Below are positions 9,480 through 20,380 of a stretch of 64,000 nucleotides of DNA, in pieces. This stretch comes from Gammaproteobacteria bacterium (GTDB lineage: Bacteria; Pseudomonadota; Gammaproteobacteria; Arenicellales; Poriferihabitantaceae), in the NCBI GenBank assembly GCA_022827325.1, contig JAJDTE010000018.1, forward strand, positions 7,410-71,409. The letters are read 5' to 3'. The position numbers and the translations under genes were made by a program. Each line of letters opens with the position of its first letter. Positions within the stretch are counted from its first letter, which is position 1. The notes beneath the pieces are model-generated. The model worked only from the letters and a program-made list of their open reading frames with translations, had not been told where the DNA came from and ran no database searches.

Positions 9480-11480
9480 TCAGCTGTCCGGCAACAGCCG
9501 CTCGAGCGCCCTTCTCACCCGGTCCGCCGTCAGGTCGAAGTGGGCGAATACATCGGCGGCCGGCGCCGACGCGCCGAAGGTGGTGATGCCGATGACCTCC
9601 CCTTCGCTGCCGACATACTTCCACCAACCGTCCGTCACGCCGGCTTCCACCGCGATGCGGCGGCGCACGCCTGCCGGCAGCACCGACTCGCGATAGTCCG
9701 GATCCTGGGCATCGAACCGATCCGTGCTGGGCATGGAGACCACCCTGATGCCACGATGGGCCAGGGCTTCCGCCGCGTCCACGGCGATTTCCACTTCCGA
9801 TCCCGTTGCGATCACGATGGCCTCGGGCTCGCCGTCACTGTCACGCAGGACATACCCGCCCCGTGCAATGGCATCGATCTGGTCCGGGCCGCGCTCCTGG
9901 TGCCGCAGGTTCTGCCGGGAAAAGATCAGGCTGAACGGCTGGTCCACGGATTGCATGGCCTGCTGCCACGCAACCGCGGATTCCACGGTGTCGCAGGGCC
10001 GCCATACCGACATTCCGGGAATCATCCGCAGGGTCGCGGCCTGCTCGACCGGCTGATGGGTGGGGCCATCCTCCCCCAGGCCGATGGAATCGTGGGTGAA
10101 CAGGAAGATACTCGGTATGCGCATCAACGTGGCCATCCTGAGCGCGTTGCGGGCGTATTCGGAAAATATGAGAAATGTCGCGCCATAGCCGCGAAAGCCG
10201 CCGTGCAGCACGAGGCCGTTCACCATGGCCGACATGCCGAACTCCCGCACGCCGAAATAGACGTAGTTGCCGTCCGCGGACTCGCGGACGTCCCTGGAGC
10301 CGGACCAGATGCTGTAATTGGATCCGGCCAGGTCGGCAGAACCCCCGATCAGTTCCGGCAGCAGCGGTCCAAATGCGTTGAGGGCATTCAGTGAAGCCTT
10401 CCGGGAGGCAATGGATTCCGCCTTCTCACTGATGCCGGATATGATCCTCCGGGTCTGTTCCTCCCAGTCCGCGGGCATCCCCCGGGCCAGTCTCCGATCC
10501 AGTTCCGCGGCCTCCGCCGGGTACGAAGCGGCATAAGCCTCCATCCCAGCCCGCCACGCACGCTCCTGTTCCGCCCCCCGGCCACGCGCATTCCATGACT
10601 CGGCGATGGCGTCGGGAACGACGAACGGCGGATGCTCCCATTCAAGCGCAATTCGCGCCGCGGCAACCTCGTCATCCCCCAGGGGAGCCCCGTGGCATTC
10701 CTCCTTGCCCTGCTTGTTCGGGGCGCCGTAACCGATGATCGTCCGGCAGCAGATCAGGCTGGGGTGCGCGCCGTCCGCCAGTGCCGTGTCGATGGCATTG
10801 CGGATGGCATCGGGGTCATGTCCGTCCACGTCGGGGATCACCTGCCAGCCATAGGCCTGGAACCGTCCGGCCGTGTCATCGGTGAACCAGCCCGCCACTT
10901 CACCGTCGATGGAAATGCCGTTGTCATCGTAGAATGCGATCAGCTTGCCGAGACCCAGGGTTCCGGCCAGCGAGCAGGCCTCATGGGATATTCCCTCCAT
11001 CAGGCACCCGTCGCCGAGAAACACCCAGGTCCGGTGATCGATGATTTCATGTCCGGGGCGGTTGAACTGCGCGCCCAGGGTCCGTTCCGCAATCGCCATG
11101 CCCACCGCGTTGGCCAGGCCCTGGCCCAGGGGGCCGGTGGTGGTCTCCACTCCGGGCGTGTCGCCGTATTCGGGGTGTCCCGGGGTCCTGGAATGCAGTT
11201 GGCGGAAATTCCGCAACTCATCCAATGGCAGGTCATACCCCGTCAGGTGCAACAGGGAATACTGCAGCATGGAACCATGGCCGTTGGACAGGACGAACCG
11301 GTCCCTGTCGGGCCATTCCGGGTTGGCTGGATTATGCTGATGGAAATCGTTCCACAGCACCTCGGCGATGTCCGCCATCCCCATGGGGGCGCCGGGATGG
11401 CCGCTCTTGGCCTTCTGCACAGCGTCCATGCTGAGGGCGCGAATGGCGTTTGCCCTTTCCCGCCGGCTAACGTCAGGCAT
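9480..11480 (-). CDS. tkt: Transketolase
   Basis: [14 protein letters not shown], the TPP motif [13 protein letters not shown], and [16 protein letters not shown]. Length 666 aa. Confidence 0.95.
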   Translation of the reverse strand: MPDVSRRERANAIRALSMDAVQKAKSGHPGAPMGMADIAEVLWNDFHQHNPANPEWPDRDRFVLSNGHGSMLQYSLLHLTGYDLPLDELRNFRQLHSRTPGHPEYGDTPGVETTTGPLGQGLANAVGMAIAERTLGAQFNRPGHEIIDHRTWVFLGDGCLMEGISHEACSLAGTLGLGKLIAFYDDNGISIDGEVAGWFTDDTAGRFQAYGWQVIPDVDGHDPDAIRNAIDTALADGAHPSLICCRTIIGYGAPNKQGKEECHGAPLGDDEVAAARIALEWEHPPFVVPDAIAESWNARGRGAEQERAWRAGMEAYAASYPAEAAELDRRLARGMPADWEEQTRRIISGISEKAESIASRKASLNALNAFGPLLPELIGGSADLAGSNYSIWSGSRDVRESADGNYVYFGVREFGMSAMVNGLVLHGGFRGYGATFLIFSEYARNALRMATLMRIPSIFLFTHDSIGLGEDGPTHQPVEQAATLRMIPGMSVWRPCDTVESAVAWQQAMQSVDQPFSLIFSRQNLRHQERGPDQIDAIARGGYVLRDSDGEPEAIVIATGSEVEIAVDAAEALAHRGIRVVSMPSTDRFDAQDPDYRESVLPAGVRRRIAVEAGVTDGWWKYVGSEGEVIGITTFGASAPAADVFAHFDLTADRVRRALERLLPDS

Positions 11481-11651
11481 TCTTCAAATTCCGGTTGTTC
11501 TGGATCACAGCCCGCACACCGCGAGCCAGCGGTGAGCAGGGACGTAAAAAACCGGCTGTGCCGGCCCGGGGCAAACATAACAGATGACGGGGCGGCCAGG
11601 GAATCAATCTATTGATTCCTGTCATAAACAATGATTACCGATGGCACCCGG

Positions 11652-12485
11652 TCAGGCCGGGGTGTCCGAGTCGAACCGGTTGATGTTGATCCAGGCGCTC
11701 CACTGTGCCAGCAGCGCCGAACTGGAAGCGGCTACAACGGACCGCTTCTTAAGGCTGCCGCAATCCAAAGGAGCGCCCGACAGCGTCGTGGCGGCCCCCC
11801 CGGCCTCGGTGAGTATCAGATACCCCGCGGCGAAATCCCACAGTTTCTGACCGCCGTGGAGATAGAGCTGGATTCTCCCGGCGGCCAGCCAGCACCATTC
11901 CAGGACCGACGCCCCGATGTTCCGCTGGGATCGGTAGGGAGGGGACTGCACCAGGCGTACCGCCAGTTCCCCCACCAGCCGCTTGTAGTCCACGTTCGCG
12001 ATGCAGTCATCCAGCATCTGCGTTTCCAGGCAGCGAATGGCCTGCCCGTTCAGCCACGCGCCCTGACCCACCCCGGCAGAGAAGCATTCACGGCGGACCG
12101 GGTCGTACACGACGGCCAGTTTCGGATCCCCGTCGATCACCAGGGCGACGGATATGCCGTAGCAGGGAAATCCCGAGGCGAAATTGGTGGTACCGTCCAG
12201 CGGGTCAATGACCCAGAGTCCGTTCTCGCTGGACTGGCAGATGGAGACCTGGTCCGAATGCGACATTTCCTCCCCGATGGCGCCGTACCCGGGCCACCGG
12301 GTGTCCAGGGCACGCAGCAGGCGGTCCTGCAGATCCTGGTCCACCGAAGTGACATAGCTGCCGTCGATCTTTTCCGAGACCACTGAACCGCCGCCCTTGA
12401 GTGCGGAAACCCCCTCCGAGACCCCCACCACCAGGTCGCGAAGCCCGGCCAGGGACGGCAGCTGTCCGTCCGGTGTGTCAGTCAT
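11652..12485 (-). CDS. Inositol monophosphatase (SuhB/CysQ) family protein
   Basis: IGEE...WVIDPLDGTTNF and WDFAAG motifs. The start is ambiguous (ATG at 12533, 12503 or 12485). I chose 12485, which overlaps the cheW-like stop by 8 nt. Confidence 0.8.
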   Translation of the reverse strand: MTDTPDGQLPSLAGLRDLVVGVSEGVSALKGGGSVVSEKIDGSYVTSVDQDLQDRLLRALDTRWPGYGAIGEEMSHSDQVSICQSSENGLWVIDPLDGTTNFASGFPCYGISVALVIDGDPKLAVVYDPVRRECFSAGVGQGAWLNGQAIRCLETQMLDDCIANVDYKRLVGELAVRLVQSPPYRSQRNIGASVLEWCWLAAGRIQLYLHGGQKLWDFAAGYLILTEAGGAATTLSGAPLDCGSLKKRSVVAASSSALLAQWSAWININRFDSDTPA

Positions 12486-12927
12486 TGCCGGCACCCGATG
12501 CATTGCGGTTCCATGCCCTGCGGGCCAGGGCATCGATATCCGGTATCACCCCGAGACCCTCTGGCAGGGAGGCACGGGCAAGGGTCCAGGGCATCCCGGC
12601 ATCCCCTTCCGCCGCCGGGAGGTCGTCCACGTCGATCACCCGGGGCGGACCCGGGCTGGTCAGGGCTACAAACGAACGGTTTCCGGCCGATTTCATCGGC
12701 CACAGCACCACCACATGCCTGAAATTGTCGTCGTCCGCGGCGCCGCCGCCCAGGAGTTCGGATGTACGGAAAAGCGGCAGACTGAACTGGCGCCACTGGA
12801 TGATGCCCGCCGCGCCCGGAATGTCCAGGGACGTGGGTGTCAGAGGCAGCCGTCCGGCGACCTGCGCCACCATGCTCACCGGCACCAGAAGCTGGAAGCC
12901 CTGGGCCGGAATGGCCAGCACCTGCAT
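12478..12927 (-). CDS. CheW-like coupling protein (ChpC-type)
   Basis: 149 aa with a CheW fold pattern (LLVPVSMVAQV...GIIQWRQFSLPLF). It shares 1 nt with the chpA stop, consistent with translational coupling. Confidence 0.75.
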   Translation of the reverse strand: MQVLAIPAQGFQLLVPVSMVAQVAGRLPLTPTSLDIPGAAGIIQWRQFSLPLFRTSELLGGGAADDDNFRHVVVLWPMKSAGNRSFVALTSPGPPRVIDVDDLPAAEGDAGMPWTLARASLPEGLGVIPDIDALARRAWNRNASGAGND

Positions 12928-15900
12928 CAGCCCGGACCTCCCCTCGAAACCACCGCATCCCGCATCAGCCGGTTCAGGGCCGCGAGATCATAGGGCCTGG
13001 TGATGCAGCCATCCGCCCCGAGCTCCAGGGCGCGCTGGCGGTACTCCTCGCCGGATCCCGAGGTGATGACAATCATGACAGGATTGGGTTCATACGGATT
13101 CTCCCGTAACCGCTCAAGCAATTCATATCCGTTCATGCGGGGCATTTCGATATCAACCAGTACCACATCGTAGGGGTGCTTATCCAGCATTTCCAGGGCA
13201 CTTACCCCGTCGTCCGCAGTATCCACCTCGAGCCCGTCCGCCTCAAGATCCTTCTGCATCACCTTGCGGACCACCGCGGAATCATCGACCACCAGCACCC
13301 GCCTGAGATCGCCGGCCCCCGCGGCCATCCTGTCCGTCAGCGGAATTTCGGCCTCCGAACCGATCCGGTGGATGAACGCTTCGGGATCGAGGATGAGGAC
13401 GATGCTCGAGTCGGACAGGACCGTCACCCCTGAAATTTCCGGTATGGAAAGCAGCTGGATGCCGGGATTCCGGCTGAGGATGTCAACCGAATCGATGAAT
13501 TCATCCACCTCGAAAGCCGCAAGCCGGTCCACCAGGCGCACGATGACCACCAGCACGATGGACGGGTCCGCCTGGTCAGCGTTGATGTCCAGCCGCTGCT
13601 GGAGCAGCACAACGGGTACCCGCACCCCGTCGACCTCGACGAACCACCTGTCCCCGTCACGATGCATTTCATCCCGGGAAATCCTCACCAGTCGCTCCAC
13701 GGAACGGGACCGGAAGGCGAAACGCCATTTGCCGACCCTGACCATGAGTGCGGGTGTTACCGCCAGGGTGACCGGCAGCCGGAATTGGAAACCGACCCCC
13801 TGCCCGGGGGCATGGGTCATCTGCATGGAGCCGCCCAGATCCCGCACTGTCTGGTAGACGATCTCCATGCCCACGCCCCGTCCCGCCTCCAGGCTGAGTT
13901 CCTCGGAAGTACTGTAACCGGGCTGGGTGATGATCCTCAGTGCGTTTGTTTCGCTCACCAGCCCGTCGTTGTCCAGGAGTCCCAGCTCCCCGGCTCGGGC
14001 CGTGATCCGGTCCATCGCCAGTCCCCTGCCGTCGTCGCTGAAGCCGACCACCAGTTCGGAACCCTGCAGGGATATGCTGATGGAGATGACCCCCCTGGAA
14101 TCCTTGCCCGACCGTTGGCGTTCATCCCCTTCCTCGATTCCATGGATCACGGCATTGCGGATCATGTGTTCGAAGGGAGCCATCATCGATTCGATCACCT
14201 GGCGGTCGATCTGGATGTCACCGCCCTGGAACTCAAGGCTTGCCTCCTTGCCCGCCTTCCTGGCGGTTTCCCTCACCAGGTGCCGGAGGTGCGGGAAGTA
14301 TTCCCCCAGGGTAACCATCCGCGCGCTCCTCAAGCCGCTTTGCAGGCGATCGCCGAGATTTCGCTGGTGTTCCAGCGCCGCGTCGATGCCGGCGGCCCGC
14401 CGGACCAGTTCCTGTTCCACCCTGTCAAGCTGCTCAAGCCGTCCCGACAGTTCGCGGAACTGTTTCCTGAGGCGCGCATCACGGTCGGACCGTTCCGGGT
14501 CCGGGGCATCGTCCGTTCCGCCGGCACCTTCCTCCGCCCCGGGCAGGAGCCGTGTACAGACCTCCGTTTCCACCTCCCGCAAACCCTCCCGGATCGAGAT
14601 CATGCTGATACGCAACAACTCCAGATCCATGCGTGTGGCGTCAAGGGAATTGTGCAGTTGCATCCGCACCAGATCCATTTCCCCGGATGCATGGGACAAT
14701 ACCGCCAGGTCGGAATGATGCGCCCCGCGGGCCACTCCTGGCATGGGACCCGCGGCCGTCGCGGCACCGCGCGCCTTGCCGCCATCGGGGGTCAAGGAAC
14801 GCCAGGACCCAGGATCCGGCGCACTCCCGGCGGGTTCTTCTGGATCGTGTTGGGCCTCCTCCAGTGTCCGCGCTTCCCCGACGGTCGGGAAATCGGAAAT
14901 CCTCCGCTCCAGCCCGGGAAGGTGCGCCCCGTCCCCGGATTCCAGCAACCCCAGTTCGGCAGCCAGTCCGTCATGGATCTCCTCCAGCAGACCGAGCAGT
15001 TCCGACTGGCCGGACAGGTTCTGCGCCTGGTAATTGTCCAGCAGAGTTTCCACCCGGTGAATCAGGCGGGACATCCCGTCCCTTCCGGCGGCGGCGGCGG
15101 TACCCTTCAGGGTATGGAGCTCCCTGCGGATTGCTGCCATGTTCTCCTGTTCGGGGCCACGTTCACGCCAGCGCATCAGGGACAGGTTGATCCGGCCCAG
15201 GATACCCCTGGACTCGTCCAGGAATATCTGCAGAATGTCGGCATCGATGGCCTCTTCGGCAACGTCAGCGGATTCCGGTGCGGTCCACGCCGGACCCGAA
15301 TGCGTTGCCTGTCGCCCTTCTCCGGGTTCCGGCGGGCCGTCCTCCGCACCGTCCCCCGCCAGCAGCCTGTCCGCGAGTTCCCGGGAATAGCTGCCACGCG
15401 CGACGATCTCATCGAGCGCAGACCGCAGCAGCCCTAGACCGCTCCTGTATCCTGCGCCGGCCGACTCGAGATCACCGCCGTCCACCGCATCGCGCAACGG
15501 GCCAAGGCTGCCTTCCGCGTACGCCGCAACCTCGTCGAATCCCAGGTTGCGGCAATTGTCGCCCAGGGTGTACACGCAGTCTTCGATGTCTTCGATGATG
15601 TCCTCCACGCCCGCTTCCCCCGGCGGGCTTCCCTGCAGGGCATCCAGCGACTGCTCCAGCGTTTCGATGTGACGCCCGAATTCCTCCGTGAAGATTTCCC
15701 TCAGGTCCCGGTCCAGTATGTCGATGCCGGGCACCGCCGGACCGGCCTCGTCCGTCCCCCCGGCTTCCGCATCCACCGTGGATGACGGCGACCGCAGCAT
15801 TCGCCGGGCCCGGTCGAGTTTCTCCGCCGCCACGGACAGGAGTCCGTCCACGGCCTGTTCATCCTGCGGCAGCTGATCGGCGGCCAGATCAAGCGCGGCG

Positions 15901-17600
15901 ATGACGAAGGTGATGTCTTCCGGATTCATCCGTGACGCCGCGTCCGGCTCCCCGGCCACGCCGGAAAGGAGCTCCGCGGCCTGATGTGCCAACCGGGCCG
16001 CGGCGCCGAATTCCAGCACGTCCAGCAGGTTCCCCGCCTGTTGCAGCAGGCCGGCTGCCGCCGACAGTTCGGCCGCCTGATGCTGGCCGGAACCGATCCC
16101 GGCCAAGGACGCCGCGATCCCCGCCAGGTCATGGCGAATCGCCCCCATTGCCGCCAGGCGCGCATGCCGATGCTCGAATTCCGCCGCCCGGCGGATACAG
16201 CCGGCCCGTTCGCTTTCGTTCTCCCCGGGGATGCCGGCGCCACGCAGTTCCCCGACGGCGCCGGTTACCGCCCGGAGCCACTCGGCGTCCACCGATTCGG
16301 GGTTCACCACGCCATGGCGCAGCAGCAGGATGGATGCCGCGACCCGGACCTCCATCGCCGAAGGGGCCTCACCGCCGTCCGGCCGGCAGGCCTCCCGGGA
16401 GGTCAGGGCGATTGCCCGGGCGAGGCCGGCTACGGAATCCAGCCCCAGGGCATCCGCACGACAGGCCAGTTCTTCCAGTACCTGGGCAAGTTCATCGACA
16501 GCGGCCTCGCGCCCGTCGTCCGGCCCTCGTTCGAGGGCACGGCCGAACAGGGTCTGCAGGCTGTCAAACCATCCGTCATCGAACGACTGCTTCAGTTCCA
16601 GAAGCGCAGGGGGAATCCGGGCCAGTCCGCTGATTTCGGGGGTTCCGACCCGGAACCAGTCATCGAGCCCAAGTCCGCCGCGGATGTCCCGGACCCGCTC
16701 CGACCCGCTCCGGTCCAGCGGTCCGAGCTCGAACAGCATGCTGCGGAGCAGTTCATCCGGCTGTCCCGCACCGTCCCCGGGGTTCGCCTCTTCACCGGAG
16801 CCGGACTCCGACTTCATCCTGACGATCTCCTGGTCAAGCCGGGCAAGCAGCGACTTCACCGATGCGTTCACTTCGATCTCCCCGGATGCAACGGCGTCCA
16901 GGTATCCGCCGGCGACCCACCACAACAACCGGAAGGAATCCGATGTGCTGACACTTCGCAGCTCTTCCATCAGGACCCGTATCCGGCCGAGCGCGGTGTT
17001 CCCCCCGCCCTCATCATCGTCAGCGGACTGTCCCGTGAGCCAGCCGAGCAGTTCCCGGCGGTGTTGCCGGCGAATCTGCGCGATCAGACCGGATCGGACA
17101 CCCTGTGGAATCTCCCCGGACGGGGTACGGGCCGGGCCGGGCCCGTCCGGACCGAAACGGGCCGGATCAATTGACGGATTGAACAGTGCGAAGCGGCTGA
17201 TCGGCGGCTCGCCGAGACAATCCCTGGCCCGGTTGATCGGTTCCGCCAGTGACAACGGGGATTCCGCTGCCTGACGCGAGATTGCATCGACATAGCCATG
17301 CAGCGCCTCCATGCCCCGGCGCAGCACCAGGATGCCCCGGTACTGTTCACGTATGCCCGGCAAATTGCCGACCTGGAGGCCAAGCTGCTCCAGCTTGCGC
17401 GCGAGCACGCCGGCCGCATCCAGTTCCATTGCCTGCAGGAGGTCCCGGACATCCCGCAACCCGGAGACCAGCCGGTCCAGGCAACTGAAGTCGAACTCAT
17501 CCTGTGCCCTGGCCACTGCGGCCATGGCCTCGCCCATGGCCCCGTCCAGGGCCTGCCTGACCCGGCTGTATGCCTGTGGATGTGGTGCCGGAATACTCAC
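12927..17600 (-). CDS. chpA: ChpA/PilL-type hybrid CheA histidine kinase (Hpt region, HATPase, CheW and C-terminal receiver domains)
   Basis: Hpt motif ELHTLKGTAAAAG. N-box HMIRNAVIHGIE, G1 SDDGRGL, G2 GRGVGMEIV. A CheW-like segment is followed by a receiver (RVLVVDDS...VLVDIEMPRMNGYE...ITRP). Length 1557 aa. Confidence 0.9.
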   Translation of the reverse strand: MSIPAPHPQAYSRVRQALDGAMGEAMAAVARAQDEFDFSCLDRLVSGLRDVRDLLQAMELDAAGVLARKLEQLGLQVGNLPGIREQYRGILVLRRGMEALHGYVDAISRQAAESPLSLAEPINRARDCLGEPPISRFALFNPSIDPARFGPDGPGPARTPSGEIPQGVRSGLIAQIRRQHRRELLGWLTGQSADDDEGGGNTALGRIRVLMEELRSVSTSDSFRLLWWVAGGYLDAVASGEIEVNASVKSLLARLDQEIVRMKSESGSGEEANPGDGAGQPDELLRSMLFELGPLDRSGSERVRDIRGGLGLDDWFRVGTPEISGLARIPPALLELKQSFDDGWFDSLQTLFGRALERGPDDGREAAVDELAQVLEELACRADALGLDSVAGLARAIALTSREACRPDGGEAPSAMEVRVAASILLLRHGVVNPESVDAEWLRAVTGAVGELRGAGIPGENESERAGCIRRAAEFEHRHARLAAMGAIRHDLAGIAASLAGIGSGQHQAAELSAAAGLLQQAGNLLDVLEFGAAARLAHQAAELLSGVAGEPDAASRMNPEDITFVIAALDLAADQLPQDEQAVDGLLSVAAEKLDRARRMLRSPSSTVDAEAGGTDEAGPAVPGIDILDRDLREIFTEEFGRHIETLEQSLDALQGSPPGEAGVEDIIEDIEDCVYTLGDNCRNLGFDEVAAYAEGSLGPLRDAVDGGDLESAGAGYRSGLGLLRSALDEIVARGSYSRELADRLLAGDGAEDGPPEPGEGRQATHSGPAWTAPESADVAEEAIDADILQIFLDESRGILGRINLSLMRWRERGPEQENMAAIRRELHTLKGTAAAAGRDGMSRLIHRVETLLDNYQAQNLSGQSELLGLLEEIHDGLAAELGLLESGDGAHLPGLERRISDFPTVGEARTLEEAQHDPEEPAGSAPDPGSWRSLTPDGGKARGAATAAGPMPGVARGAHHSDLAVLSHASGEMDLVRMQLHNSLDATRMDLELLRISMISIREGLREVETEVCTRLLPGAEEGAGGTDDAPDPERSDRDARLRKQFRELSGRLEQLDRVEQELVRRAAGIDAALEHQRNLGDRLQSGLRSARMVTLGEYFPHLRHLVRETARKAGKEASLEFQGGDIQIDRQVIESMMAPFEHMIRNAVIHGIEEGDERQRSGKDSRGVISISISLQGSELVVGFSDDGRGLAMDRITARAGELGLLDNDGLVSETNALRIITQPGYSTSEELSLEAGRGVGMEIVYQTVRDLGGSMQMTHAPGQGVGFQFRLPVTLAVTPALMVRVGKWRFAFRSRSVERLVRISRDEMHRDGDRWFVEVDGVRVPVVLLQQRLDINADQADPSIVLVVIVRLVDRLAAFEVDEFIDSVDILSRNPGIQLLSIPEISGVTVLSDSSIVLILDPEAFIHRIGSEAEIPLTDRMAAGAGDLRRVLVVDDSAVVRKVMQKDLEADGLEVDTADDGVSALEMLDKHPYDVVLVDIEMPRMNGYELLERLRENPYEPNPVMIVITSGSGEEYRQRALELGADGCITRPYDLAALNRLMRDAVVSRGGPG

Positions 17601-17666
17601 TTCAACGAATCGCGTGACCTTGGATGGGGACGGGGTGTACAGGGAACGGCTGTCGGGACGGCGGGC

Positions 17667-19793
17667 TCAGTCGGGCAGCCGGAATCCTGCAACGGCCCTG
17701 TTGAGTTTCTCCAGTGTCCCGCGGATGTTCCCGAGGACGGCGGCAACCTGCGACGCACCGAGCCCTGACTGCCGGGCAGCCCGGCGCAGATCATCCATGT
17801 CCCGGGAGACCCGGTTCGCGACACCGGACTCCTCGGTAGCCTCCGTCGCCAGGGACTCGATGGCAGCGAGCAGTTCCTGGCCGACCCGCTCGATTTCCTC
17901 AAGAGCCCGGCCCGCCTCGTCCACAACACTTGCACCGGCAGTCACCTCGCCCGTCGTGGATTCCATGGACAGGATCGCCTCCCTGGCATCCTGCTGGATG
18001 GTTTTCACGATGTCGGTGATGCCGTCCTGGGCCCTGGCGGAACGTTCCGCCAGGCGTTGCGCCTCGTCCGCGATCACGGCGAACCCCTTTCCCGCGTCGC
18101 CAGCCATGGACGCCTGTATGGAGGCGTTCAGGGACAGTACGCTGGTCTGCTCGGTCACGTCCCTGATCAGGCTGACGATCTCATTGATCCGCCGGGAACT
18201 CTCCTGAAGCCGGCCCAGCCTTGCTGCCGTATCCCGGACCCGGCTGCCGATGGCGTTCATCCCCTCGACGGTGTCGCGGATCGCCCCGGCGCCGTCCTTG
18301 GCGGTCTGCCCCGCCTCCCTCGCGCGTTTCGACGAGTGGAGTGCCGACTGGCCCAGGCGATTGATGGTTTCACTCATCCGCTCGATTTCCCGCGCGGCAT
18401 CCGCGATGCCTTTGGCCTGGGCATCGCTGTTGGCCAGCAGCTCTTCAATGTGCCGGCCCGACTGTCCTGCCTCGGCAGTCAACTCGTCGGATGCGGACCT
18501 GATTTCGCTGACCCGCGTGCGTATTTCTCCAATGGCGAAGTTCATGGAATCCGCAATCACGTCCGTCGCCTCATCGGCCATTTCCGCTTCCACGGCCAGG
18601 TTTCCATGGGCGAGGCTGTCCATGTCCTCCAGGAGGCCCGTTACGGCGTCCCGGGAGCGCTTCTTCCGGAATGCATCGGCCCGCTCCCGGCGTCGCCCAT
18701 GACGGACCACGGACCAGATCAGCCCGATCAGGCCGAGCGAGCCCGCGGCAGCAAGCATCAACGGCAGGTCCCGGACCCATGCCGGGCGTTCCGGGCCTGC
18801 ATCCAGTTCCCGGATGATTTGTGCAACATGTTTTTGCATGGATGCTGACAGGTCCTCGATCCTGGCAGCTGCATCCAGCATGGTAATGTAGTCGTCGGCA
18901 TTGCCCGCAATGCCCGCCACACTGGAAACAAGCTGCTGGTACAGGGTGTCCATGCCCGCCATTTCCCCGGCCACTGCCACGCCGCCCATGCCGCGGATGG
19001 CATCGCTGATCTCCCCGAAACGCTGCACGTCGTCCTGCATCTTTCCTGCCGCCCGGCGCCAACCCACCCCGCCGGCGGCAAATTCATCGGCGCCGGCGCC
19101 GACCTGTTGCACCAGAAGACGCTGACGGTGGCCAAGCCCGATCAGTTCCAGCGAGGCCTCGTTTTCGATCAGCCTGTCCACAATGCCGTCCGCCCGCGCC
19201 GCCAGTTCCGGAACCAGGCTGCCGACCGCATCCACCTGGGTCAGGGTACTGCCAATCACTCCATGGCCGGATATCAGCAGTGCCACCAGGGGATCGAGCC
19301 TGCTCCATTCGCCGGTGACGGCCCTGAGGCCGTCAGTGGCCCGGTTGCCGTATCCCTCCAGCACCCTGGGGTCCAGGGACGAGATTTTCCGACCCAGATG
19401 CGCCCGCAGGCCCGTCAGACGGTCGAACGCACTGTCGGTTCCCTTCACTGCAAGCAGGGACTGGTAGGCAATTTCCCTGACATCGGATTCCACTCCGAGA
19501 GCGGCAATCCGCAACCCGGCGGTCCGCTGTCTTTCCTGGATTTCGATCACCACGCCCGCCAGGAGGATGGACAGGGTGGCGGCCAGAATCAAAATCCAGA
19601 ACATCGCCGCCCAGTTCGGTCCGACGACGGGCGCCTCCTCCCGGATGGCGGAACCACCCGGACCGGAATCGGAACCTGTACCTCCCGGGCCCCCGAGAAC
19701 CGGCTCGACGAGTTCCCTTGCCGGCTTTTCTTTGGCTGTGTTCAATTCCCTGCCGCCCGGCGCGCGATCGAGATGAATTCCGGCATGCGGCAA
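17667..19793 (-). CDS. pilJ: Methyl-accepting chemotaxis protein PilJ
   Basis: MCP signalling hairpin SVLSLNASIQASMAGDAGKGFAVIADEAQRLAERS, an N-terminal TM helix and a periplasmic PilJ-like region. The start is uncertain: TTG 19793, TTG 19745 (TTGA overlap with the pilI stop) or ATG 19604. Confidence 0.9.
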   Translation of the reverse strand: MPHAGIHLDRAPGGRELNTAKEKPARELVEPVLGGPGGTGSDSGPGGSAIREEAPVVGPNWAAMFWILILAATLSILLAGVVIEIQERQRTAGLRIAALGVESDVREIAYQSLLAVKGTDSAFDRLTGLRAHLGRKISSLDPRVLEGYGNRATDGLRAVTGEWSRLDPLVALLISGHGVIGSTLTQVDAVGSLVPELAARADGIVDRLIENEASLELIGLGHRQRLLVQQVGAGADEFAAGGVGWRRAAGKMQDDVQRFGEISDAIRGMGGVAVAGEMAGMDTLYQQLVSSVAGIAGNADDYITMLDAAARIEDLSASMQKHVAQIIRELDAGPERPAWVRDLPLMLAAAGSLGLIGLIWSVVRHGRRRERADAFRKKRSRDAVTGLLEDMDSLAHGNLAVEAEMADEATDVIADSMNFAIGEIRTRVSEIRSASDELTAEAGQSGRHIEELLANSDAQAKGIADAAREIERMSETINRLGQSALHSSKRAREAGQTAKDGAGAIRDTVEGMNAIGSRVRDTAARLGRLQESSRRINEIVSLIRDVTEQTSVLSLNASIQASMAGDAGKGFAVIADEAQRLAERSARAQDGITDIVKTIQQDAREAILSMESTTGEVTAGASVVDEAGRALEEIERVGQELLAAIESLATEATEESGVANRVSRDMDDLRRAARQSGLGASQVAAVLGNIRGTLEKLNRAVAGFRLPD

Positions 19794-20380
19794 AGTCTGT
19801 CAACATCCAGCACCACCCATGTCTGCTTCCTTTCCACCAGGACCGAACTGACCAGCGAAGAAAGCGGCGGGGGAATCCCGGCATCCTCCGTCTGCTCAAG
19901 CCCCTCGGGGAAGGTCCGGAGATTAACCCACCGTTCCAGCAACAGGACGCTCTTCAGGTTCTCGTCCGGCAGCCTGAACAGGATCGCCGTGCGCAGGGAT
20001 GGAACAGCGCCAAACCCCAGGAAATCGGAAAAATCGACCACGGTATGGATTTCCCCCCGGATATTCGTCATCCCCCTGACCCAGTGCGCCGCCCACGGCA
20101 CGGGCTGTATCTCCTGCTCGGCGAGCACCTCGAACCCATCCGAGAACGGAAACACGAGGTTCCAGTCACCCACGCGCAGGCTGTATCCACGCCAACTGCG
20201 ATCCGCCACCACGCTGCTTTCGAGCGCCGCTGCGCCCAGAGACTGCGCTTCCAGCATCTGCAGCTGTTCCAGGGGAGTGGGGTTGCCGTCGATCACGTCT
20301 CTTCGATCTTTCGGGGGAATCGGTATTTTCCGTCGAGACGGTATCCAGGTTCGAGAATCATGCAGACTCCCGGGATTCAA
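19742..20380 (-). CDS. pilI: CheW-like protein PilI
   Basis: CheW-like core (WRGYSLRVGDWNLVFP...VPWAAHWVRGMTNIRGEIHTVVDFSDFLG). TTG 20380 has an AGGA 5 nt upstream. The alternative start is GTG 20299. Confidence 0.8.
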   Translation of the reverse strand: MNPGSLHDSRTWIPSRRKIPIPPKDRRDVIDGNPTPLEQLQMLEAQSLGAAALESSVVADRSWRGYSLRVGDWNLVFPFSDGFEVLAEQEIQPVPWAAHWVRGMTNIRGEIHTVVDFSDFLGFGAVPSLRTAILFRLPDENLKSVLLLERWVNLRTFPEGLEQTEDAGIPPPLSSLVSSVLVERKQTWVVLDVDRLCRMPEFISIARRAAGN